DNA of 63,953 nt, the filler included, from an uncultured bacterium (lineage in GTDB: Bacteria; B130-G9): the NCBI GenBank assembly GCA_965372715.1. It is 3 parts of 3 records of this genome, joined end to end, with 100 filler letters (N's around TTAATTAATTAA, not from the genome) between each part and the next. Parts side by side here need not be neighbours in the genome. Positions count along the whole stretch, not along the records: positions 1 to 29,136 come from CBDVDH010000051.1; positions 29,237 to 56,838 come from CBDVDH010000052.1; 1 more part is not named here. The stretch is one strand, 5' to 3'. Shown here piece after piece: positions 19,548 through 29,596 of the stretch. A program made the position numbers and the translations under genes. Numbering within the stretch: position 1 is the stretch's first letter; each line of letters starts with the position of its first letter. Under the pieces are notes generated by a model. The model was not told the DNA's origin. It saw only the letters and a list, made by a program, of their open reading frames with translations, and made no database searches.

Positions 19548-21683
19548 ATGAGGGCATTAGGTTCAGCTGGTGTTGCCGTGCTGGTCTTGCTGTTCTGCGG
19601 CGTGCCTGGCCTCGGTCGAGATGAACGTTTTGTTGTGCGGACGCTTGCGAGTGGGGCTGTAGGGGCGGGCGTCGTGGGGTTGGGTCATAATTCATTGCAC
19701 GTGTGTAGGGGCGGTGCTTGCCCCGCCCGAAATGTGGACGGGTGCGGCAAGCGGCACCCCTACACATCGCATCCGCCCGCAGCGGGGTCCGACGACAAGG
19801 CTGATGACAAGCCCCAAGTAGAGCCAAAAGACAACGGCATTAACAAGCAAAAGGATAGGAAAGACGACGACAAGTACTCGCTGGAAAAGGAAGTCGTCGT
19901 TACGGCCACACGGACCGAGACTGATGCCTCGAATGTATCAACATTTGTGACTGTCGTCCGGCCGGAGGACCTTCCAGTGAGGCCCAAGACTGCGGCCGAG
20001 ATGCTTCAAGCGGTTCCCGGCCTCAAGCTCAGCCGATACGGAGGCGGACTCAGTCTGGCCTCATCCAGCATCAGGGGCTCGTCCGCGAATCAGGTGCTTG
20101 TGATGATAGACGGTGTCAGGCTGAACTCCGCCCGAGGCGACGGTGTTGACCTGTCGGACATCCCGGCGCAGATCATCGACCGCATTGAGATTGTTAGAGG
20201 CGGCAGCTCCGCGCTTTATGGCAGCGACGCGATGGGCGGCGTGATCAACGTCATAACCAAGAGGGCCACTGAGGCGCCGATTATGACGCTCTCCCTGACA
20301 GGCGGCTCGTTCGGCACGTTTCATGGGGCGGTGTCCCGCTCCGAGGGCTTCAAGGAGTTCGACTACAGCTTATCGCTTTTCTACGGCGAGAGCGAGGGCG
20401 ACTTTCCATACAAGTTCCGAGGCTCGCAAACAAAGCGAATCGAAAACGGCGGCTATTCGACGAGAGGCCTTTTCTTTCGGATGGGCTACCGGCTGAATCC
20501 AGAAACGCGGATAGGCCTCACGCACATCTTCAACGACGCGGACAAGCGACTGCCTGGTAGGATCGAATTCCCCACGCCGGAGGCTGAGCAAAAGAACTGG
20601 TGGAGCCTGACAACGCTCTCCCTTAAGAACGACAATCTCCTTGTGGACGGACTCTCCTCGGCGTTGACCATCGACTACCGCGCCGACCATCTCTCCTATT
20701 ACGACCCGGTGTTCGTTGGCAAGGACCCGTCCGGCTATTCCGGCCGCGGCTTTGGCGCCGAGGTCTTGTTTTCGTATGCGGCAGGCGCCCAGCAGTTCTT
20801 CACGCTTTCTGCAAGCGTTGGCGACGAGAAGCAGAACAGCGTGAACAGTGGCATGCACGCGAGAACTACATCGAGTGTCTTTCTACAAGATCTCATCTCG
20901 CTTCTTAACGATAGAATCATTCTGATCCCCGCCGCAAGGTTCGACAGATGCTCTGGCGTCGGTGACTCGTTCAATCCCAAGATCGGCGTCCGACTTAAGG
21001 CCGCCCCGTTTCTGTCGCTCAAGGCAAACGCCTCGAGATCATTCCGTGTGCCCGGCTTCGACGACTTGTATTGGCCCCGAAGCGGCTTTGCGGTCGGTTA
21101 CCCTGACCTTGTACCGGAGAAATCCAATAGCCTGGACGCCGGCGTCGAGCTGAAGATCGAGAAATCGCTCGAACTCGAGGTCGCTTGTTTCCTCAATCGC
21201 GCCAAGAACCTGATCCAGTGGCAGCCTGGGACAGGCGGAGTCTGGTCCCCGACTAATGTGGGCGAGGCGGAGATGAAGGGAGTCGAGGCGCGCCTCGTCG
21301 CTTCCCCTTTGCAGTTCTGCCATTTTGAGGTTCTACACACCTATACAGATGCTAAGGATACGACCGATCCGGGTCATCCTACTCAGCTGATAAGACGACC
21401 GCGTAACAGAACAATAGCAATGCTGCACGTCGGGCCTGAGTGGCTATCGGGTTCGGTTCAGGTCGCGCGAACGAGTGAGAGCTATACAACCGTCGCGAAT
21501 ACGCAGTGGTTGCCGGCGTACACACTTGTTGACTGCGGGCTTAGGCTGACGCCGCTAAAGAATCTGTTCTTGGCGTTTTCGGCTCAAAACGTGTTCAATA
21601 GGTCCTACGAGGTTGTGCCCGGCTACGCGATGCCGGGGAGAAGTTACTCGCTCACGATTGAGACGAGATTCGAGGGGAGGTGA
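19548..21683 (+). CDS. btuB: TonB-dependent cobalamin receptor
   Basis: Signal peptide from M19548; EVVVTATRT, IRGS...VLVMIDG, RIEIVRGGSSALYGSDAMGGVINVITK; B12 riboswitch upstream. Confidence 0.85.
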   Translation: MRALGSAGVAVLVLLFCGVPGLGRDERFVVRTLASGAVGAGVVGLGHNSLHVCRGGACPARNVDGCGKRHPYTSHPPAAGSDDKADDKPQVEPKDNGINKQKDRKDDDKYSLEKEVVVTATRTETDASNVSTFVTVVRPEDLPVRPKTAAEMLQAVPGLKLSRYGGGLSLASSSIRGSSANQVLVMIDGVRLNSARGDGVDLSDIPAQIIDRIEIVRGGSSALYGSDAMGGVINVITKRATEAPIMTLSLTGGSFGTFHGAVSRSEGFKEFDYSLSLFYGESEGDFPYKFRGSQTKRIENGGYSTRGLFFRMGYRLNPETRIGLTHIFNDADKRLPGRIEFPTPEAEQKNWWSLTTLSLKNDNLLVDGLSSALTIDYRADHLSYYDPVFVGKDPSGYSGRGFGAEVLFSYAAGAQQFFTLSASVGDEKQNSVNSGMHARTTSSVFLQDLISLLNDRIILIPAARFDRCSGVGDSFNPKIGVRLKAAPFLSLKANASRSFRVPGFDDLYWPRSGFAVGYPDLVPEKSNSLDAGVELKIEKSLELEVACFLNRAKNLIQWQPGTGGVWSPTNVGEAEMKGVEARLVASPLQFCHFEVLHTYTDAKDTTDPGHPTQLIRRPRNRTIAMLHVGPEWLSGSVQVARTSESYTTVANTQWLPAYTLVDCGLRLTPLKNLFLAFSAQNVFNRSYEVVPGYAMPGRSYSLTIETRFEGR

Positions 21684-21696
21684 TAGACAGAAGCCG

Positions 21697-21742
21697 CCAA
21701 CCATCAACTGCCAACTGTCAACCATCAACTGTCAACAGTCAA
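21697..21742 (+). repeat. Heptamer tandem repeat (YCAACHR x6)
   Basis: CCAACCA TCAACTG CCAACTG TCAACCA TCAACTG TCAACAG TCAA. Confidence 0.7.
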
Positions 21743-21801
21743 TTCTCCGTTCGGCGAATCTTCGACTGCTAACTAACAACTGATTTTGGGAGACATTCAA
21801 G

Positions 21802-23484
21802 ATGCTTAACAGACTGTTGTTGTCCTTGATACTGCTCGTGGTTTTGTCATGCGCCGTCATTGCCCAGCAGCCCGAGCAGGTTACTCTTCATTGCCCGGTT
21901 TATCTTACCTGGCCGGGTTTTGAGTCGTTCATCGTCGTCCGTAACACGACGGGGAGTGATGTAGGCTTTACGCCCGGGTTCTGCTTTGACGGAGATCACC
22001 TGGTTCCTTACACTCTGATAACTGCCCCAGCGCACGCCACTATCCTTTTGACCGTGGAGGAGTTTTTTGACACCTCGACGTGCGAAAGCGGCTTGATCGG
22101 TTTGGAGCTCATGTACGGGGGCGAGCCGGGCGCAATAATGGCTTCCGTGATCACGTTCTTCGGAGACCTATCGTTCCAGGTTCCTTTCAGGAACGCGGCC
22201 GGGGACCTCTCGCGCACGCTGCACTCAAGCCTGTGCCTGGGCGGCGACTTCATCGACTATATCTTCGTGAAAAACACGACAGATAATCGGGTTACTGTCT
22301 CGCCAGTTTTCTACTGCGACGGCGCCAGCACACCGGGATTGAGTGTTAGTCTCGAGCCCTATCAGCCCGCGATGATAAGCGCTGGCGAGGTGTATTCGGG
22401 CGGGGGCATGGGCGGCGCCGACCTTTATTCTAGCGGCCCAGCCGGCAGCATCATCGCGGTCAACGTGGCCGCCAACCTACTCACCGGCGCCTGCCTCGTT
22501 GAAGAGTTGCTTCCCGGCGTGCCTGGCTTTGTGCCTCCTGCTTACAACCTCTTCGTCGCTAACGGCCTCTCCTACACACTGTCCGCGATCAACACCGTCA
22601 ACGGGCAGATCGATGAGAACTTCGCGAGCACGGGCGACGTCCCCAACTACTTGGCGTTTCGCAGAAACAATCTGTATTGCGTCAACTCAATGTCCAACAA
22701 CGTCCAGGTCTTCTCACCCGCGACAGGCGACGTTCTTGCTGAGATCGAGCTTGACGTTGGAACCAATCCCTGGGCGATGGCGTTCGCCTCGGATGACAAG
22801 GCTTATGTAACGGGCTACCTGACGGATGATGTAGTGGTTCTCGATGTCGAGAGTAACGAGGTAAAGGGCACGATCCCGCTTGGCGCCGACGCTCGTAGCC
22901 CCGAGGGTATTTGCTTTGTCGATACAAAGCTCTACATATCGAGCGTCAACTACGATATGGGCACGTGGACTTACGGCCAGGGCATCGTCACGGTCATCGA
23001 CACCGAGACCGACGAGATAGTCAAGACCATCCAGACCACTCAGGTCAACCCACAAGTTATCGTCAGCGACAACCAGGGCGAGATATACGTCCTTTGCACA
23101 GGCGATTGGTTCAGCGAGTTCGGCGTTGTTGATGTGATTGACACCGCGACCGATGAGATCGTTGAATCACTGCCGGTGGGCGGCTCGCCGACATGTATCG
23201 AGATTGCGCCCAACGGATGCGCATACATCGGTGACGCGACGGCGCCTCAGCTCTACAAGATCGACATCGTCGCCAATACGGTACTACACGATTCTGACGA
23301 CCCGCTTCTGTTCGGGGGCGCAGGCTCCTCCGCGTCGGGCCTGATCTCTTCGGCGGACGCATACCTTTACATCTCGTCGTTCAACGATGACGCCATCTAC
23401 ATCATGGACTGGCGGACCGACAGCATGATCCGGATGCTGTATTCCGTTGGCGACGGCCCCGGAGCCATGGCCTTGCGCGACTGA
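21802..23484 (+). CDS. Secreted protein with C-terminal YncE/BtuG-like beta-propeller
   Basis: Signal peptide; YVTN-like blades (KAYVT, VTVIDT, VDVIDT, VGDGPGAM); co-oriented after btuB. Confidence 0.75.
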   Translation: MLNRLLLSLILLVVLSCAVIAQQPEQVTLHCPVYLTWPGFESFIVVRNTTGSDVGFTPGFCFDGDHLVPYTLITAPAHATILLTVEEFFDTSTCESGLIGLELMYGGEPGAIMASVITFFGDLSFQVPFRNAAGDLSRTLHSSLCLGGDFIDYIFVKNTTDNRVTVSPVFYCDGASTPGLSVSLEPYQPAMISAGEVYSGGGMGGADLYSSGPAGSIIAVNVAANLLTGACLVEELLPGVPGFVPPAYNLFVANGLSYTLSAINTVNGQIDENFASTGDVPNYLAFRRNNLYCVNSMSNNVQVFSPATGDVLAEIELDVGTNPWAMAFASDDKAYVTGYLTDDVVVLDVESNEVKGTIPLGADARSPEGICFVDTKLYISSVNYDMGTWTYGQGIVTVIDTETDEIVKTIQTTQVNPQVIVSDNQGEIYVLCTGDWFSEFGVVDVIDTATDEIVESLPVGGSPTCIEIAPNGCAYIGDATAPQLYKIDIVANTVLHDSDDPLLFGGAGSSASGLISSADAYLYISSFNDDAIYIMDWRTDSMIRMLYSVGDGPGAMALRD

Positions 23485-23639
23485 CCGCCGTTCGTATGGC
23501 CGGCTGGCGCCACGTATCGGGGCGGCAGGTGCTGACGCCTAGCATTTCTCGCCGCCCCATCGGTTTTTGAGAGGGCGCGTCGATACTGGCCGGTAATGTC
23601 GGATACCGTGCGAGGCTGAGAAGAATTGGTTGACTTAAA

Positions 23640-24878
23640 GTGTCGTTGGCTTATGCTGTGTCCCGAAGGAGTAATGCCGGAGCAGTGTCTAGGAAGAGCA
23701 CGGTAGCAGAGCAACGTAATTACGCTGTTCTTGACGTTCAATCCGCGAAAGAGGTCGCATCGGGCTGGGTCGAGAACGCCCAGCTACAGAACGCTGTCGA
23801 TTTCGGTCTGCCGGAAATAGACGATCGCTATCATGTTTGGCGCACAGCTCTCCTGAACAGGTCAACTCGTCAGCGTATTGGCGAGGTTGTCATTGATGCC
23901 CGCACGTCCCTGGTTCTCGAGGACAAGTCAACCTCGGCTTCGGTTCTGGAGGCGCGTCTTCTTGGGAGAAATGGGGATATCGATACGACATCAGAACGCG
24001 GCACGAAACAGATGTGTTTTCGCTCATCTCTGCGCAGCACAATCGCCTTGGGTGACAGCGAAGAGGTCCTGCAAGACCTTCCCGCCGGTTCCGTCGATCT
24101 GGTCTTTACATCGCCACCTTACTTCAACGCTCGACCCGAATACACCGATTACATCTCATACGAAGACTATCTTCTCAAGATCCGCAAGGTGATTCAGAAT
24201 ACTCATCGAGTTCTGTCCGAGGGTCGGTTTTTTGTGATGAACGTGTCGCCTGTTCTTATAAGACGCTCCAACCGGAATCAGTCTTCGCGCCGAATAGCAG
24301 TGCCATTTGACCTACACAGGATTTTCATCGATGAGGGATACGACTTCATCGATGACATCATCTGGATGAAGCCGGAAGGCGCGGGATGGGCAACTGGACG
24401 CGGAAGACGATTTGCGGCCGATAGAAATCCACTCCAATACAAGCCCGTTCCAGTGACGGAATACGTGCTGGTCTATCGCAAGCACTCTCCCAAACTGATT
24501 GACTGGAACATACGAGCTCACCCGGAACCCGGATCAGTCAGGGCGTCTCGCGTCGATGACGGTTATGAACGAACAAATGTCTGGCGCATCAAGCCTGCAC
24601 ACGACAAGCGGCACCCCGCCGTCTTTCCAGTCGAACTAGCCGAGAAAGTCATTAGGTATTACTCATTCAAGGGCGACGCAGTGCTAGACCCATTCGCAGG
24701 GATTGGCACTGTTGGAGAGGCTGCCGCAAGATTGGAGCGCCGGTTTGTGCTAATCGAGCTGAGTCCAGATTATGTTGACATCATTCGTGAACGGACCAAA
24801 GGCTGGCTTGGCAAGGACGCTCGTCAAGTGCTGACCATAAACTGTCCACAGATCGAGACGGAGGACATCCTTTTCTGA
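23640..24878 (+). CDS. DNA methyltransferase (N4-C/N6-A, beta class) with N-terminal extension
   Basis: DLVFTSPPY, HPAVFP, VLDPFAGIGT; true start may be later (a TTGACT-N16-TATGCT promoter-like motif overlaps 23630-23657). Confidence 0.9.
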   Translation: MSLAYAVSRRSNAGAVSRKSTVAEQRNYAVLDVQSAKEVASGWVENAQLQNAVDFGLPEIDDRYHVWRTALLNRSTRQRIGEVVIDARTSLVLEDKSTSASVLEARLLGRNGDIDTTSERGTKQMCFRSSLRSTIALGDSEEVLQDLPAGSVDLVFTSPPYFNARPEYTDYISYEDYLLKIRKVIQNTHRVLSEGRFFVMNVSPVLIRRSNRNQSSRRIAVPFDLHRIFIDEGYDFIDDIIWMKPEGAGWATGRGRRFAADRNPLQYKPVPVTEYVLVYRKHSPKLIDWNIRAHPEPGSVRASRVDDGYERTNVWRIKPAHDKRHPAVFPVELAEKVIRYYSFKGDAVLDPFAGIGTVGEAAARLERRFVLIELSPDYVDIIRERTKGWLGKDARQVLTINCPQIETEDILF

Positions 24879-24886
24879 GTACGGAT

Positions 24887-25999
24887 ATGCCAGAAGGAAC
24901 GTCAGAGGTTAAAAGTCTCAGCGAACTAATGTCACCTGCCGGGCTGAAGCTGCTTTCAGCTAGCGGGACCGACTTAGTTCGAGAAATCGGACTCGATGTT
25001 GTACGCGGTGTCGTATTGGACGTCCTGTCAGGGCGTAATATCCGCGATTGCACCGAGGTCTTGACGCGTCGCCGCGTCGCGGCAATCAATCTGGCAACGT
25101 TCAATATGTTCTTGAGGGGTTCGTCTCTTGCAGACAACTTCGTAAATGAGTTGCCCAATCTCGCCACTGATATACTCAGCGCCAAGCGATTGAATAGAGC
25201 GGAGAGGTGGATTGCTCAATGGGTTCTCGGACTCACTGACAAGGGCTTTCAGAACGTCTTGAGGGACAGCCGTGCATCGCTTGAGGGATATCGAGACCGT
25301 TACATCGACACATGTCGTCAGGTCATTGAGAACCACGCGTCGGACTGCGGAACACTGACGGGAGTTCTGCAGTTGGATGCCGGCGCCAAGGCGGAGATCA
25401 ACTGGCTATTCGTGACCTATCTTCTGAATACCGTTGGGGCGCAGACTCTGACGATTCGTGGGTCAGAGAAATCAGCCTATGGCAAGCTGTTCGAGAAGCT
25501 GATTCTTGGTTCTCTGCTCCACATCTTGGGGTTCAAACACATTGTCCCCCCGCCGGAGCAACTCGAAGGTGTGTTTTGGCTTTCATCTCGAGCTGAGCGA
25601 CGCGAGAGCGACGCGACGCTGTTGTATCAAGCGGGCAAGGGCATACGCTTTGACATAGGCTTCATCGGCCGTGGCAATACTGAGATCTCTCTCGATAAGG
25701 TGACACGTTTCGAGCGCGAGCTTCAGATGGGCGGTTCTGCGCACTACATGGCGACGATCATAATTGTTGACCGTATCGGCCCGAACAGCCGCATTGAACG
25801 TCTGGCGAGACAGATAGGCGCTTGCATCATACAGATGAGCGCTGGCTATTGGCCCCAAGAAGTTGCTCGGGAATTGAGCCGAGTTGTGGGCTTTGAGCAC
25901 AAGCTCACGAAAATGAAGCAAAGCCGGATAGGTAAGTTCCTCGAGCGAGAATTGAACAAGGCCCCTCTCGAGGATTTCATCGGCCTTGGCAATGATTAG
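24887..25999 (+). CDS. Type II restriction endonuclease, CfrBI-like family
   Basis: IRGSEKSAYGKLFEKL, RESDATL, RFDIGFIGRGNTEISLDKV motifs recalled from this family; 8 bp after the MTase. Confidence 0.7.
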   Translation: MPEGTSEVKSLSELMSPAGLKLLSASGTDLVREIGLDVVRGVVLDVLSGRNIRDCTEVLTRRRVAAINLATFNMFLRGSSLADNFVNELPNLATDILSAKRLNRAERWIAQWVLGLTDKGFQNVLRDSRASLEGYRDRYIDTCRQVIENHASDCGTLTGVLQLDAGAKAEINWLFVTYLLNTVGAQTLTIRGSEKSAYGKLFEKLILGSLLHILGFKHIVPPPEQLEGVFWLSSRAERRESDATLLYQAGKGIRFDIGFIGRGNTEISLDKVTRFERELQMGGSAHYMATIIIVDRIGPNSRIERLARQIGACIIQMSAGYWPQEVARELSRVVGFEHKLTKMKQSRIGKFLERELNKAPLEDFIGLGND

Positions 26000-26030
26000 G
26001 CCGTGCGTTGACCGCACAAAGGTCTGCTCC

Positions 26031-27446
26031 TCAATCAATCACCTTGAAGTCGTCGAAGGCTTTGCGGGCCTGGTTCCAGCCTTCGGCCTTCGTTTTTCCG
26101 GACAAGAGATGCTCCGCGGCGGCCTTGGCCATCATCACCGAGTGGTGGAGGTTGTTGTGGGCGAAAAGGCCCTGGCGGCCGAGTGTTATCAGGTTCTCGA
26201 TCGTGTCCGTCCAGTCCAAAACAGTCTTTAGGTATTCTTCGTAGCCGAGCGAATACACGGGATAGGCGTGCCTCACGCGCCTCGTGAACCAGCAGTCAAC
26301 GTCCTTCAAGGGGATGATGCCAAAGCGCTTGAGCGATTCCTTCGCCATCTGGAAGACCTCTTCGTCTGACGCTGGCCAGAGCCTCTCGGAAGCGTCACAG
26401 CTGATGTCAGCGCAGAGGACAGTCTTGCCCAGCGGAGCCATCTCTGGGCTGAAGTTCTTTTGCTCCGAGATGCGATTGAAGAGCATCTCCTTTGAGGCGA
26501 AGTAGTATGCGTCCTTCTCGCCGACGCGATCTCTGTTGACTATGATGTAGAGCAGGATGAGCGACCTGTATTCGAGGCTCATCGAGGCGCGACGGACGGG
26601 ACTTGCGCCCGGCAGGCAGAGCGAGGTCAGCGAACGGAGCGGAACCGTTGAGAAGAGGAAATCAGGCTTCAGCGTGTGCTTCTTTTTCCCGATCGTATAT
26701 TCCAGCTGTTCGACCCGACCATCCCTGATCCGCATCTTCTTGGGTGAGGCGCGAAGTATTATTGACGCGCCGGCGTTCTGAATGCTGTCGGCCAGAACGT
26801 CACACACCTGGCCGAATCCGAGCCTCGGATAAAAGAAGTTGTCCGGATTGGCCGAGCCTGGCTTTTTCGCACCGAGTGTTTTTCTTACGATTTCCATGAG
26901 GCTTTTGGAGCCAACGCGTCGCTTTGCCTGTTCGGGCGACATCTGGTCGGGGGGGATGCCGAAGACCTTGCTCGTGTATGGCTTGTAGAACAGCTCATAC
27001 ATGGCCCTTCCAAAGCGCTGGACAAGGAGCGTCTTCGAGGTCTGCCGGGCGGCGTCGGTCGAGGCGGAAAAGAGCCTCTGCCGTGCGAAACTCGCCACGA
27101 TCCGCGCAGCGCGAAGCGGACCCAGGCCTGATGCGACCTGACCGGTGCGGAGCGGATACTCGATGAGCCGACCTGAAAGCCATATCGCGCCTCGCCGTGG
27201 CCTGCTCAGCAGATCGTCGCCAAGCAGCGATCTTAGGAGTGACAGTGTCTCGGGGTCGCACCCGGGATGTATCCTATGGCTGCCAAAGTCGAACAGCACG
27301 TTGTCCCGGCGCATCGTGGCCGAGATACCTCCCACGAACTTCTCCGACTCGAGAAGTGTGATGTCAGTGCAACCGCCTTTGCAGAGATAGTAGGCAGCTG
27401 CAAGCCCCGCAGGCCCAGCGCCCAAGATCACAACAGATTTCGTCAA
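26031..27446 (-). CDS. FAD-dependent oxidoreductase (protoporphyrinogen oxidase/UDP-galactopyranose mutase-like)
   Basis: ILGAGPAGLAAA, VGG, FDFGSHR, AYPVY, LGRQG..HNNLHHS. Confidence 0.85.
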   Translation of the reverse strand: MTKSVVILGAGPAGLAAAYYLCKGGCTDITLLESEKFVGGISATMRRDNVLFDFGSHRIHPGCDPETLSLLRSLLGDDLLSRPRRGAIWLSGRLIEYPLRTGQVASGLGPLRAARIVASFARQRLFSASTDAARQTSKTLLVQRFGRAMYELFYKPYTSKVFGIPPDQMSPEQAKRRVGSKSLMEIVRKTLGAKKPGSANPDNFFYPRLGFGQVCDVLADSIQNAGASIILRASPKKMRIRDGRVEQLEYTIGKKKHTLKPDFLFSTVPLRSLTSLCLPGASPVRRASMSLEYRSLILLYIIVNRDRVGEKDAYYFASKEMLFNRISEQKNFSPEMAPLGKTVLCADISCDASERLWPASDEEVFQMAKESLKRFGIIPLKDVDCWFTRRVRHAYPVYSLGYEEYLKTVLDWTDTIENLITLGRQGLFAHNNLHHSVMMAKAAAEHLLSGKTKAEGWNQARKAFDDFKVID

Positions 27447-27647
27447 AGCATCTCTCCGTTTGATAGCGTCAGTTGAGTAGTACAGGCGAACATACTATAC
27501 GAGGGAGTTCCAAGTTCCAAGTTTCGAGTTCCCCGCCAATAATTAGGTTGATGGTGATTGATTTCGCAGAGACCACGGGTCCTGCCTTTGCAGTCGGCGA
27601 TTGTTGCGACCGCGGTGAGTTTTCATGAGTCTCACGCGTTGGGTGAT

Positions 27648-27822
27648 TTTGGAGTGCGGCGGCTCGACGCCGCTTTGTTTTGCCGCGGCTTGACGCGGCA
27701 TCCGCTCTCATCAGGAACGGTCCATTCCTTGCGTCGCGGCCTTTACAGTCTTGAGAGCCGTCTATCAGAGGTGGTGTCGAGCCACCACCAATGAAAGCGG
27801 CGTCAGGCCGCCGCACTCCAAA
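27648..27822. repeat. REP-like family B inverted doublet
   Basis: TTTGGAGTGCGGCGGCTCGACGCCGCTTT...AAAGCGGCGTCAGGCCGCCGCACTCCAAA. Confidence 0.85.
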
Positions 27823-27911
27823 TGGCCCCTTATCGAGCCTGGCGCCCCCTCAATCTGATTATTGGGAAAGTCCGGGGCGTCTTGCGATTTGGAGCCGCCT
27901 ATCGTATTGAT

Positions 27912-29045
27912 ATGGGCATGGGTGCGAAGAGGTTCCTCGTCATCAAGCTTGGCGCTATCGGCGATGTCGTCCACGCGCTGCCGGCCGTTTCCCTGCTGCG
28001 AAAGCTCTATCCCAACGCCGTTATCGATTGGCTGGTAGAGCTGAAATCGGCCCCTATTCTTGATGGCAATCCGCACATCTCCTCGCGCATCGTGATCGAC
28101 ACAAGAAACTGGCGTCGCGAGTTGTTCAGGCATCCATTCAGGGTGCTTTCGGAGATTCGGCAAGTGGTCGCGCGCCTGAAGGAGGCGAGGTATGACGCCG
28201 CTATCGATCTCCAGGGCCTTCTCAAGAGCAGCGCTTTTGCGTGGGTATCGAAGTCGCGGTTGAGATTCGGCTTCCCGAAACGCGAGTGTCGTGAGCGCCT
28301 GAGCGCGCGCCTCACGAACCGCAAGTGCTGGCACACGGTTGAGGCCAAGCACGTTGTCGAGAAGCTCTGCTGGATGGTCTGGGCGGTAGCTGAGGAGCTT
28401 GGCGACGTCGAGCCGCTCGCGGAGGCTCGTCTCTGTGAAGGAACGAAGCCTGAGATTGTGATTGATGGCGGCGCCAGGCGGCAGTTCAAGGAGTATCTCA
28501 GGGAGAAAGGCTTGCGGGATGGCGATCTGCTCATTGGTATCAATCCGTGTGCGGCCTGGGTAACGAAGCGTTGGGGCGCATCCAGTTTCGCTAGAATGAT
28601 CAGGATTATGCGAGAGATGAATGAAGGCCGGCGGATGCGCTTCATGTTGCTCTATGGGCCTGGGGAGAAGCAATATGTGGAGGACGTGATCATGCAGTTG
28701 GGGGACGAGGCGGGCGATGATGTCTTTCTTGCCCCGCCGTCGGACATTCCGCGGCTATGCGCGATTCTGGACGCTTGCGACCTCGTAGTCTCAGGCGACA
28801 CGGCCGTGCTTCATATCGCGGCGGCTCTCAATAGGCCAACCGTCGCCCTGTTTGGTCCTTCCGACCCCGCGAGAAACGGCCCGTTCGGCAATCGATCAAT
28901 TGTCGTTCAGCACGAGATGGCCTGCGGCCCATGCTACAAGCGGAAATGCAAGAGTATGGCCTGCATCAAGAACATCTCGCCGACCAAAGTCGCAAAGGCC
29001 GCGATGAGGCTGCTTCAAGGCGAGAATCAGGAGGCTGTCCCATGA
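27912..29045 (+). CDS. waaC: LPS heptosyltransferase I-like (GT9)
   Basis: IKLGAIGDVVHALPA, YDAAIDLQGLLKS, SGDTAVLHIAAA, LFGPSDP; start moved to 27912/27918. Confidence 0.75.
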   Translation: MGMGAKRFLVIKLGAIGDVVHALPAVSLLRKLYPNAVIDWLVELKSAPILDGNPHISSRIVIDTRNWRRELFRHPFRVLSEIRQVVARLKEARYDAAIDLQGLLKSSAFAWVSKSRLRFGFPKRECRERLSARLTNRKCWHTVEAKHVVEKLCWMVWAVAEELGDVEPLAEARLCEGTKPEIVIDGGARRQFKEYLREKGLRDGDLLIGINPCAAWVTKRWGASSFARMIRIMREMNEGRRMRFMLLYGPGEKQYVEDVIMQLGDEAGDDVFLAPPSDIPRLCAILDACDLVVSGDTAVLHIAAALNRPTVALFGPSDPARNGPFGNRSIVVQHEMACGPCYKRKCKSMACIKNISPTKVAKAAMRLLQGENQEAVP

Positions 29046-29136
29046 GTCGGTGCATAGGTCGTAGGGGCGGTGTCTCAGACTCGCCCGCCTACATGAATCC
29101 CTGCGGATACGAGGCATCTTATGCGACCATCAATTC

Positions 29137-29236
29137 NNNNNNNNNNNNNNNNNNNNNNNNNNNNNNNNNNNNNNNNNNNNTTAATTAATTAANNNNNNNN
29201 NNNNNNNNNNNNNNNNNNNNNNNNNNNNNNNNNNNN
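29137..29236. other. Artificial contig linker / gap
   Basis: N44-TTAATTAATTAA-N44 (stops in all six frames). Confidence 0.98.
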
Positions 29237-29596
29237 CCATTTGCATCGCCTCGGCTGAAGCCGGGCGATGAGCTCCGGATATGTGCACACGCTGATAGAT
29301 CAGAATCACCCGGTTGCGCACGGTCGTTACAGCTGTTGTCCTCTTTCGGAAAACGTCAAACATAGAGCCCAGCAAACTGCCCCATCAACTTCGAATATGC
29401 GTATAATTGTTAGGTCTGAGACCGCGCCCCTTCAAAGCCTTCTCCAGCTCTTCCGTCCCAGCCTTCAGCAAAGGCGCGCCTGAACACGATAAAGCTGTTG
29501 CTTGAGACTTACGAAGAGAGGATTGATGCGGAGCGCTCTAGAGGCGCCGATTAGGGAAGGTTTTGTATGAAGCCATGATTTAGAGGATTTCTAGCC

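Noticed and set aside
29137-29236. TTAATTAATTAA palindrome within Ns (also 56839-56938)
   Set aside because: Artificial six-frame-stop contig linker, not biology.
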